DNA of 62,978 nt, the filler included, from Octopus bimaculoides (taxonomy: Eukaryota): assembly GCF_001194135.2 (NCBI RefSeq). It is 5 parts of 5 records of this genome, joined end to end, with 100 filler letters (N's around TTAATTAATTAA, not from the genome) between each part and the next. Parts side by side here need not be neighbours in the genome. Positions count along the whole stretch, not along the records: positions 42,740 to 57,270 come from NC_068992.1; positions 57,371 to 62,978 come from NC_068988.1; 3 more parts are not named here. One strand, given 5' to 3'. The notes under the pieces are model-generated. The model was given only the letters and a program-made list of their open reading frames with translations, made no database searches and was not told the origin of the DNA. A program made the translations under genes and the position numbers. Shown here piece after piece: positions 48,462 through 58,143 of the stretch (position 1 is its first letter; the number at the start of each line of letters is the position of its first letter).

Positions 48462-48830
48462 GGCATAGGTGTGGCTGTGTGGTTAACAAATTTGCTTTTT
48501 TATCACAGTTTTGAGTTCATTTCCACCGTGTGGTGCTTTGGACAAAGATCTATATAGCCCCAGGCTGATCAAAACTAAAAGAAGCCAGTCATGCATGTGT
48601 ATGTTACTGTCTTCTTGTCTTGAGATCACATGATGGTTGTGAAATGGTTGTCACTGTTATATAAATTATGTCCTTCATTTCTAATCTTCCATGAAAATGT
48701 CAGAGCATAGGTAAATATTACCTTATTTGGAAAAGGTTGAGGGTTGGTTACAGGAAGGGCACTAGCCATAGAAAATCTGCCTCAATGAATTCCATCTGAT
48801 CCATGCAAGCATGGAAAAATGGACAAACTA
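48462..48830 (+). mobile_element. SINE family A head with an RTE-like tail
   Basis: Head GGCATAGGTGTGGCTGTGTGGTTAA and core AAAGAAGCC. Tail GGTTACAGGAAGGGCACTAGCCATAGAAAATCTGCCTCAATGAATTCCATCTGATCCATGCAAGCATGGAAAAATGGAC. Confidence 0.7.
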
Positions 48831-49924
48831 CCAGCTTTAAGGGTTTTCAGTTCAAATCCCCTTGTTTCATTATGCATTGTGGGCCATACACAATGAAACA
48901 TCTATTGTAGGTCATACACAATAAGACATGTACATTTCTGTTTGAAATTCACCAGCTGTATTAGATATCAGCCAGATCTTCTGAAGATATTGACTGGCAT
49001 TGTATTGACGCCATAGATGCAAAGCACCAGGGACAAAAGACCACAGGACCATATATATTCTCCTCCTCGAATACCTAGAACTATGTTAACCTTTTTGTTG
49101 TTGTTCTTTTTATTTCCTTCCTATTCTCAACTGAAAAAAAAGTTGATTAATGAAGAAAAAAAATTTATCCTTGTATAACTTGGGTGTGTAATATTTGATG
49201 ATAGTTAAGGAAGACTGTGAGAAATAAATTTTTCATGTTAGCTAAAGAAAATAATTTGTTTTCATGACTGAATAAATATTTATTTTGTTAGTTATCCTTC
49301 ATTACAGGGAGTGCTGTCCAGAACATTTTCCTTTTTCACTCTCACACTATCACAAACATGAATGTATGTCATGTGTGCGTATGTATGCATATAGTATCTT
49401 CATAAACAGTATATAATGATCATCTGAACTCCCTCCTCCCTCTGCTTCTGTTAATTACCTTAATTACTGCATTGTAATCTCCTTAAATGATGGGAAAATG
49501 CATGTTTGTGTTTGGGTTTTCATTAACGAATAGTGTGGAGCTGCCCTGGATGTTTTTCTTTATCTAGTTCAGTATTTCTCTGTTGTGGGTTCAAATTCTA
49601 CCAGATGTAACCTTACTTTGCATTTTTTGTGTTAGTAAAATTTATACCAGTAATGATTATGATTATGATGGTGATGGTTGTGGTGGTGGTGGTGTTGGTG
49701 GTGATGGTAATGATGATGATGAGCTTATTGTATGCAGTACTGAGGTGGACGACATCGCAACAGAAAAGAGTAAATGGTGGAGATAAAGTGGCAATAAAGA
49801 AGTTGGCAATGAAGGCCAAAAGTACACATGCACTGTACACAGAATAAAGTCATTTTTCTCTGTCCCCACCTCTGGCAGAATGCACACTCACATGAGATAG
49901 TTGCCTCCATAGTATTCACTCTTT

Positions 49925-50045
49925 AGTTAGAGCATTCAGGGAAACTTTGTCGAGACTTGTTCATTCTGTGATGTTGTCTTTCCATCTCTTAGGTTACTTG
50001 CTTCTGTTTCTTTTCCCATTAACCATGCCTTCCAAACTGATCTTG
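49925..50045 (-). pseudogene. RTE-clade LINE C-terminal fragment
   Basis: Minus strand MVNGKRNRSK*PKRWKDNITE*T resembles the GxxxGKRxRGRPxxRWxDNIxEW motif. Confidence 0.55.
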
Positions 50046-50059
50046 CTCATGTATGACAA

Positions 50060-50273
50060 CCCTTTCGATACCAATCTGGTTGAAACTGCTTCTGACTCTG
50101 CATTACAAAATATGTTGTTTTCAAAAGTTCTGGATTAAAATCTTCCACCAAACCACAATTTATGTTCCTAACAAGTTTAATGATAACTAAGTTATTTTAC
50201 TAAATTCTTGTTATATTTCAAATTAATTGAAAGAAACACAGAGCATCTCAACAGGTATATGGTAACAAAAGGG
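50060..50273. mobile_element. piggyBac-type MITE, same family as 46135-46355
   Basis: CCCTTTCGATACC...GGTAACAAAAGGG|TTAA. The internal AATGATAACTAAGTTATTTTACTAAATTCTT is shared with 46135-46355. Confidence 0.8.
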
Positions 50274-50789
50274 TTAAACTGCATCCGGTGGTGAGGTTCC
50301 AGCTTGGGAGTTCTGGAGTTGTGACAGCATGGAGTTGACCCTTAATTATCATTACTTCCAGATCTGTTCTGACCTGGAATGGTAGTACCTATCCGGATCC
50401 TATCTATGGGTTAAACAGATTTTTTTGTTCTGGTAAAATGGTTGAACATCTGTCATGCTTACAGAAAATGTGTGTTCAAGTTTTACAGGCAGTTGCTGAC
50501 TTCTTCCATCCAAGGGGCTTTTAACCCAATATTCTATAGATTTTATCTACTACAAGTTACACTGTGAAATAAAAAAAATATTTACTTTAATTCTTCCAGG
50601 TTCTAAATTCTTATGATGTAAAACAAAAAAACAAGTGATTAAAATTTAAGAAATAAAAATATAAAAACCTATGCTTAATAAAGCCACCTATATTCTGTCC
50701 AGCAAAAACCCTGTTCTGGCCCCTTTCCTTCATACTTTAAACCTCTGTAGCCCAAATCAGTCAAAGGTCTTAGTGTTGTGAATTACATG

Positions 50790-50950
50790 GTGACCTTGTT
50801 AATGTTGGCACTATGAAACAAACACCTAGTGCAACCTGTTGGTATTAGAAGGGGCATCCAGCCATAGAAACCATGCCAGAGCAAATAGGAGTTGAATGGC
50901 ACTTGATGCAGTTCTTCCCCTCAATCCATGCTGATATGAAAGACAGATGC
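50790..50950 (+). mobile_element. SINE family E / RTE-type tail fragment
   Basis: GGTATTAGAAGGGGCATCCAGCCATAGAAACCATGCC...CAATCCATGCTGATATGAAAGACAGATG. Confidence 0.55.
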
Positions 50951-51059
50951 TACCAGGTCGGGTGAGATATGGAGAAATGCTGCAGTGTGTTTGCTGCATT
51001 CACCAGTTGTGAGTTTCTGCTCATGTCATCCTGAGCAGCTCTCCAGCTAGTGTCCTAGT

Positions 51060-51260
51060 CAGTCTCCGTCTCCACATGATATTTCCTCATCTATTGTGAC
51101 CACATAGCATGTGACTGACCAACCAACACAAGCTGTCACCTCAGCCAGATCCTCAGGGAAGAGAACATGATGCACAGGATCCAATTTGGAAAATTGAGCA
51201 ACATGACCAAACAGTCTGAGTTGATGCTCCCGAATCATACAAGTAACAGGATATATCCCA
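51060..51260 (-). pseudogene. RTE-clade LINE C-terminal fragment
   Basis: VTCMIREHQLRLFGHVAQFSKLDPVH matches the RxRxLRWFGHVxR motif. Confidence 0.7.
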
Positions 51261-51919
51261 GTTTCTGAGTTGAGTTGATTATGGGCTACAAACATTATAA
51301 TGAGGACAATTGTTTATCTTTATTTTATCAATCAAACTTGTGTATAACAAAATTACGAATAATGTTTTTCAACCTGATGAAGTGTTGGTACAAATTTTGT
51401 AAAGCTTTAAATTATATTTTAAAAAGTGTATGCTGTACATACATACATCTTGCAGTGTGCTGCAGTGCACCATTTGAATAGCACTGCCCTTGATAGATAA
51501 AAAAGGAACTGGAAAGTCATCACCGGAATGTCTTTGATCAATGACCTGCACAATCATGACTGACTTGGTTCTAAGTAACAATTACAACTATGATTTAATG
51601 AAACAACAATAAAAATTGATAAACAACACTATTCAGTTCTGCTTGAGTAAATTTGTGGTATCAAAGTAGCTGATTGAAGCCATTATTATCACGACAAGCC
51701 TGTTTTCATTGTAAAATTGGTGTCCTAAAATGTAGGTCTTATATATGTGATCTTATCATTAACTCTTTTCATACTAACCCCCCCCCCCCTGTGATAATGC
51801 TGCTATTGAGATTTTCCACACTTCAGTCTTAACTCTTTCTTTATCCATTCCAAAGAGAAGAAGCACAAGACTGAAGACATTTAGCTCAATGAAGGATGTG
51901 CCCCAAACAAAAGCTAGAC

Positions 51920-52125
51920 AATCCTTTCTACTAAAGGCACAAGGCCTGAAATGTTGGCGGAGGGGACTAGTCAATTACATCAACCCCAGTGTTTCACTGG
52001 TACTTAATTTATTGACCCTGAAAGGATGAAAGGCAAAGTCAACCATGGCAGAATTTAAACTCAGAACGTAAGAACGGGTAAAATATCGCTAAGCGTTTCA
52101 TCCAGCGTGCTAACAATTCGGCTAG
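51920..52125 (-). mobile_element. SINE family B, CpG-decayed
   Basis: AAGGCACAAGGCCTGAAAT...ACTGGTACTTAATTTATTGACCCTGAAAGGATGAAAGGCAAAGTCAACC. Confidence 0.85.
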
Positions 52126-52470
52126 ACAATGCCATATGTGTCAGACTCTTCAATAGCACCGTCCTACCTGTGCTTTTATATGCAAGTGAGACCTGGGAAG
52201 TGCATTCGAAATGAGATAATTCCAGAATGAAGCAGAGTGAATGATGCAATTACAGAGCATCAAAAGTGTAAGTTCTGCTGAGTTGGAATGTCTCATGGTT
52301 CACAGACAGGTGGAACCATGCAGTTGCTGAGATGTATCCAAGAGATCAAAAAAGGCCACTTGGAAGGCCTCCATGACAATGGGAAGATGATTTAGTCAAA
52401 CAATTTGGGTCAATATAGAAAAGAATGGCACAACCAAGACAAAATTGGAAGCACATTGTGACCAGTGAGG
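52125..52470 (+). pseudogene. RTE-clade LINE 3' fragment with an internal deletion
   Basis: RLFNSTVLPVLLYASETW and RWNHAVAEMYPRDQKRPLGRPP*QWEDDL. Confidence 0.8.
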
Positions 52471-52940
52471 TATAACAGCATCTGATAGTCTGGTCAATAC
52501 TGTGACACTCTCTTCTCAGTCCAGATCTCAGCAATAATGGAGCCATTTCCCCTTGTCTTCTTTTGACTTTCTATCTTTCCAAACATGGTTGTATGTGCAA
52601 GTGACCCTTTCATTCCATTTGATGTGTCCAAACCACTGCATTTTTTGACTTGATGTTGTTTCTGGGTCTTATTTCCCAATCAACTACTACAATTCCTTTT
52701 CATTTAACCCCTGACCCCTTTTTTTTCACTTCTGTACAATTGGCCTATATTTTTTTAATATGTAGCCCTTGCAATGAATAAAGATTTCCTACATAATGAC
52801 AATCCCCATCAATGACATTTCTTTTTTTTTTATTGTAGGGAGAGTTGGGGAAGTGACTGTATATGATTTATGTTTTCAAAGCTCTTATGAAGTTATAAGC
52901 TGATAATTAGTATCACTGTGCCAAAGTGAAATAGTAAAAT

Positions 52941-53545
52941 GTCGTCGTCGCCGTCGTTGTTATTTAACGTCTGCCTTCCATGCTAGCATGGGTGGGATGG
53001 TTTCACAAGATCCAGCTCCAGTCCAGTGGCACTGGCAACGACCTCGCTTGAATGATTTTCTAACGTGCCACCAGCACAAGTGCCAGAAGGCGACACTGGT
53101 AATGATGGTGCTATTTATGGGGCACTAGCACGGAAGCCAGACAGCTGCTCTGGCAATGAACTCGCACGGACAGTGCTGTTAGTGCTCCACTGGCCCAGGT
53201 GCCAGTCATTGAATATGGTTCAATTACGATTTCGATTTCACTTGCCCCAACAGGTCTTCGCAAGCAGTGTTTATGTCCAATGAAAGACAGGTTAGCATGG
53301 GTGCCAATCACCATTTTGAGCGTGGCTGTTGCCAGTACCGTGTGACTGGCCCTCGTGCCGGTGGCACGTAAAAGCACCCAATACACTCTCGGAGTGGTTG
53401 TCATTAAGAAGGGCATCCAGCTTTAGAAACTCTGCCAGATCAGATTGGAGCCTGGTGCAGCCTTCTGGCTTGCCAGTCCTCAGTTAAATTGTCCAGCCCA
53501 TGCTAGCATGGAAAGCGGACGTTAAACGATGATGATGATGATGAT
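52941..53545. mobile_element. Two RTE-tailed (family E) SINE-like units back-to-back, forming 30-bp terminal inverted repeats
   Basis: TTTAACGTCTGCCTTCCATGCTAGCATGGG (52963-52992) versus CCCATGCTAGCATGGAAAGCGGACGTTAAA (53497-53526), 28/30 complementary. Outer tails are (GTC)n and (GAT)n. Confidence 0.75.
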
Positions 53546-54364
53546 ATATATATANNNNNNNNNNNNNNNNNNNNNNNNNNNNNNNNNNNNNNNNNNNNNN
53601 NNNNNNNNNNNNNNNNNNNNNNNNNNNNNNNNNNNNNNNNNNNNNNNNNNNNNNNNNNNNNNNNNNNNNNNNNNNNNNNNNNNNNNNNNNNNNNNNNNNN
53701 NNNNNNNNNNNNNNNNNNNNNNNNNNNNNNNNNNNNNNNNNNNNNNNNNNNNNNNNNNNNNNNNNNNNNNNNNNNNNNNNNNNNNNNNNNNNNNNNNNNN
53801 NNNNNNNNNNNNNNNNNNNNNNNNNNNNNNNNNNNNNNNNNNNNNNNNNNNNNNNNNNNNNAAAGAAGTACAAAATGAAGAAAATAATATATTAAAAAAA
53901 TGATATATAAAAAAATAAATATACCAATACATTATATTGTCTTTGAGCTTTTGAAGTTCAATGGTAGTTCATGTATATAATGGTTGGAAAAATAAGGATG
54001 CATGAGAATTGAGAGTTGTGTTAGGTTTAAAAAAAGAGTTAAAAGTTTGTGTTAAGCAGGAAGTGTGGTGTCAAAACAGGAAGTGTGTGTAAGGGGAGAC
54101 AAATGTTTTTAGTTGGAGTTATGAACTCTTTTTCAACGGGAAGTTTATGTCTGTTCCTAGAGAAATAAGGTGTTAAGAAATGGTTGGAATTTCTCTATGA
54201 AAAAATTCTCCTTCTTGATTCTTTCTTGTGTGGAGATTCTGTCTTTACATTGGTAGAAAGGGAANNNNNNNNNNNNNNNNNNNNNNNNNNNNNNNNNNNN
54301 NNNNNNNNNNNNNNNNNNNNNNNNNNNNNNNNNNNNNNNNNNNNNNNNNNNNNNNNNNNNNNNN

Positions 54365-55125
54365 GAGGGTAATTTTCTCTTCCTCTTTGACTAGGACTGC
54401 CTCCACCACCCACACAGGATCCACGTCCGCTGGGACCCTTGTTATATTAATTCTGGACATTCTCATCCCCATATAGGTGGGGATGAGCGCCACGTCTTCA
54501 GTTTTCAGAGTCTCTACGGAATGCTTTTGTGCCATTTCCTTGTTGGCAAACATTACTTCCACTGTACCAAACTTCTTGCCTCTTATCATATACATAACGT
54601 CGCTCCATATTTCCTTCAAACACCTTTCAATCTTCTTTTCTGTAAATCTTTCGATTTTTCTTTTTTGTAAACAATAAATTTTAAAATTATTGTTTTCTGT
54701 TTTTTCTCTAGCATAAATTGCTCCGGTGGTTGTATTTGAACCACGCTATCTTTCACTTCCATCATTTTTTTATATTTTATGTAGTCCGACTTGTTCGTCG
54801 ACAGCTGCCGGGTTCGACCCCCAGCTGCCAACGCAAAACTTTTTTTTTCCTTTCTCGCCTGCTCAGTCTGGATGCTAAGCGCATCGATAATCCTTTTGGT
54901 CACAATACTTTCTGACAAAGTTGGGAAATCTTCTTGTGAAAGCTCTGACGAGCTTTCCGACACGTCTCCAAATATTTCATACATCCTGCTGTGCGCTTTG
55001 GTAACGGGGGAATTACAAATTCCTTTTTCGGGGGAATCCACTTCTGTGCCAACGTTAGGCCTCCTGCTAGACGACATTCTTCCCCCCAACGGGGGAATAA
55101 ACAAACGTGTGCTTTCTACAAGCAC
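54365..55125 (-). pseudogene. Probable ORF1 (gag-like/RRM) of an L1/Tx1-type LINE, one frameshift near 54620, interrupted by a gap
   Basis: ORF 54616-55125 (disordered, S/E-rich then K-rich) is continued in another frame by KEIWSDVMYMIRGKKFGTVEVMFANKEMAQKHSVETLKTEDVALIPTYMGMRMSRINITRVP. No splice structure is evident. The family assignment is from recalled resemblance only. Confidence 0.5.
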
Positions 55126-55775
55126 TCAATGTTTTCAAATAAAAACTCCAACAGTTAGAATTTTAACAGAACTGCAGTTAATAAAAAAGTAGTTATTATA
55201 AATAATAACACTAATAACCAGCAATTTTCACCACGAACACATGTGCGACGCGTAACCAACAAACTCACAGAGACGAAATACCGCTAAGCATTTCGACCGG
55301 TATGCTAACGTTTCTGCCAGCTCGCTGTCTTACAATAATTATATATTAAAGTATAACCTGTCCTGCTATATTAAGTAACTGAGTCGTTCTCTTCTAGAGA
55401 TAATGATAGCACAACTAAAATTGTATTCAAATATATTCAAGTCCTAATATAAATGGTTTGACAAGTGTCGTCTTATGTAATCGGTGACACGGTCACCCGG
55501 GAAAGTTTTTCCTTCTTTTTTTTATAGTCTTGGGTCAACCAAATCATCGAGTGAAATTTAGTAGAAGAAAAACATGTGAAAACCTGCAGACAGAAAGTAT
55601 GTAAGAGCAATCTTGTTCTTAGGTGATAGCGTCAAGAACACTAGTCGATTTCAAGAACCATTACTTGGTTCTTGAATTTATTTAGTAGAATCGGCTCCGT
55701 TAGCAGCATTGGGATGAGATTTCCAGTTTAAAGATAACATCGTTCTGGTCCTCCCAACAGGGGAAATGTCCTTAA

Positions 55776-56599
55776 CACGTTGCCTGCCACAGGACATCGA
55801 TATGATCTGCTTCTATTTGCCAAAAGAGTTTTATTAATTTTCTCAAATCAGAAAGCTGAAATATTTTGTGTGGTGGTATATAGGTACATAATACCTGTAA
55901 TTACACTACAATGACGTGATAGGAGTTATCTCATAGTAATGCAAAATGCTCAGATTGGTTTGCTATGAAGGCTTTGAGGGTATAATATTCATTATTTGAC
56001 GATGTCTCTTCATTGTATAATGTTTTCTTTATTTTTTCAGATTTATAAAGAACTATTATAAATTTTGATTTGTAATATATAAGATGCCAAAAAACCTTTC
56101 CAATGAAAATATTGCTGGAATGCTTCAGGAACTCGCGGAAAATGAACTATTGGAAGATGATATCTTAGAGTCAGAAAATGAATACTCAGATGCTTTGGAT
56201 AAAAATCATGTAGCAAGTACCAGTGGAAGTAATACTAGTGACGCCAGTTCTACTGACGAAGATGAACAATTAGTTGCTCGAGGTTGTAAGAGACAACACA
56301 GTTCTGCTACAGCAAGTTCTCCGGCACCAACTGCATCGACATCTAATACTTATACTTGATATATATAGGTGTCTTACAAAATATATTTCCTGGCAGGTGC
56401 CATGATACGGGTTAACTCGTATCATTGGGCAAATAAAGGGCGTCTTTAGTGTTTCCACAACACATTCACAATGTTAGTTCCAGACGCCAGTTCATTTTAA
56501 GCGTGTTACAATAAAATGGACCTCTATGAGTATGCTCGTACCTGGCAAAATTGTATAGATTGCCAACTTCGAGATAACTCGTAGTCAGCAGTCAACGTG
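55776..56599 (+). mobile_element. Internally deleted piggyBac-family transposon, 824 bp, with both ends
   Basis: TTAA(55772-55775)|CACGTTGCCTGC...GCAGTCAACGTG|TTAA(56600-56603). Subterminal inverted repeats GAGTTATCTC (55923-55932) and GAGATAACTC (56571-56580). Near-palindrome GATACGGGTTAACTCGTATC at ~56404-56423. Confidence 0.85.
56084..56359 (+). pseudogene. Acidic, Ser-rich N-terminal region of a piggyBac transposase (91 aa, catalytic domain deleted)
   Basis: MPKNLSNENIAGMLQELAENELLEDDILESENEYSD...SSTDEDEQ lies inside the TTAA-flanked element; piggyBac transposases have such acidic disordered N-termini. Confidence 0.65.
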
Positions 56600-56885
56600 T
56601 TAAATGAATCATGGATGTTACCCTTCTTTTTCTAACTAAATTAGTAAAAAAATATATAAAAACAGCCAACTAAATCAATGTCTTTTGTCGCATACTTCTC
56701 ACTCATAAAATAAATTCCTACGTTCATTCATTAGTTAATTGATTAAATAATGCAAACGTTTATTAATGAGGCAAAAACTCACAATAACCTGGAACAAACA
56801 GGTCTTTCTTGCTCTTTTCTTTCTTTCTTTCATTTCTCTTTCTTTCATTTCTCTTTCTTTCTCTTCTTTTTCTCTTCTCTTCACT

Positions 56886-56928
<43 letters not shown>

Positions 56929-56994
56929 CTTTCTCTTTCTCTCTTTCCTCACTTTTATCCATTCTCTCTTTTTGCCTTTATATGTCTCTCATGT

Positions 56995-57270
56995 GAAGGC
57001 GCGTGACATAGTGATTAGGGATATTCAGCTCACAATCGTAAAGTCGTGAGTTCGATTCCCGGCAGCGCGTTGTGTCCTTGAGCAAGATACTTTATTTCAC
57101 GTTGCTCTAGTCCACTCAGCTGAGAAAAGTGAGCCGTACTTGTAATTCAAAAGGGCCAACCATGTCGCATTCTGTGTCATGCTCGATCTCCCTGACAACT
57201 ACGTTAAGGGTAGGCGTATCTGTGGAGAACTCAGCCACTTGCACGTTGATTTCAAGAGCAAGCTGTTCCG
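56995..57270 (+). mobile_element. SINE family D
   Basis: tRNA head GAAGGCGCGTGACATAGTGATTAGG...GAGTTCGATTCCCGG, core GTGTCCTTGAGCAAGATACTTTAT, and a tail shared with family C. Confidence 0.8.
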
Positions 57271-57370
57271 NNNNNNNNNNNNNNNNNNNNNNNNNNNNNN
57301 NNNNNNNNNNNNNNTTAATTAATTAANNNNNNNNNNNNNNNNNNNNNNNNNNNNNNNNNNNNNNNNNNNN
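57271..57370. other. Artificial 100-nt scaffold spacer
   Basis: 44 N, TTAATTAATTAA (57315-57326), 44 N. Confidence 0.92.
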
Positions 57371-57399
57371 TATATATATATATATATATATATATATGC

Positions 57400-57550
57400 G
57401 ACAAGCTTCTTTCAGTTTCCGTCACAAAGCTTTGGTCGGCCCAAGACTATATAGTACAAGATACTTGCCGAAGATGCCACGCAGTGGAACTGAACGCAGA
57501 ACCATGTGGTTGGGAAGCAAGCTTATTATCACACAGCCACTCCTACGTCT
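57400..57550 (-). mobile_element. SINE family A, 5' part
   Basis: GCTTCTTTCAGTTTCCGTC...AAGCTTTGGTCGGCCC...CCACGCAGTGGAACTGAA...CACAGCCACTCCTACGTCTAT. Confidence 0.85.
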
Positions 57551-57589
57551 ATAGAAGATGATGATGATGAAGATAGTGGTAAACAGTAT

Positions 57590-58143
57590 TGGTTTCAAAT
57601 TTTGGCACAAGGCCAGCAATTTTGGCGGGAGGGGGCTAAGTCGATTACATCGACCCCATTGCTCACATGGGTACTTATTTTATCGACTCTGAAAGAATGA
57701 AAAGCAAAGTCGATCCCAGCGGAATTTGAACTCAGAACGCGCAAATGGACGAAGCACCGCTGAGCATTTCGCCTGTTGCGCCCACGACGCTGCCAGCTTG
57801 CCACCTTAATTCCGACCTCGGCTGAATTTGAACTCAGAACGTAAAGACGGACGAAGTACCGCTAAGCATTCCGCCCGGCGTGCTAACGTTTCTCCCAGCT
57901 CGCCACCTTAATAGTGGTAACAGTATTTTTTTTTTCTACTCTAGGCACAAAGCTCGACATTTTGGGGTAAAGGACCAGTCGATTAGATCGACTCCAGTAT
58001 GCAACTGGTACTTAATTTACCGACCCTGAAAGGATGAAAGGCAAAGTCGACCTCGGTGGAATTTGAACTCGGAACGTAAAGACACATGAAATACCGCTAA
58101 GTATTTCGCCCGGCGTGCGAACGTTTCTACCAGCTCGCCATCT
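57590..58143 (-). mobile_element. Head-to-tail cluster of SINE family B (about 57590-57808, 57812-57909, 57932-58143)
   Basis: Repeated GAATTTGAACTC(A/G)GAAC...CCGCTAAGCATT...CCAGCTCGCCA blocks with CpGs largely intact. Confidence 0.88.

Noticed and set aside
49735-49850. Kinase-like GGDKVAIKKL in ORF 49629-49847
   Set aside because: No glycine-rich loop upstream and no convincing donor site downstream; the ORF is mostly a GAT/GGT triplet tract. A single short motif is expected by chance.
53065-53416. GC-richer ORFs 53065-53283 (+) and 53111-53416 (-) as host exons
   Set aside because: Both lie wholly within the back-to-back SINE-like composite.
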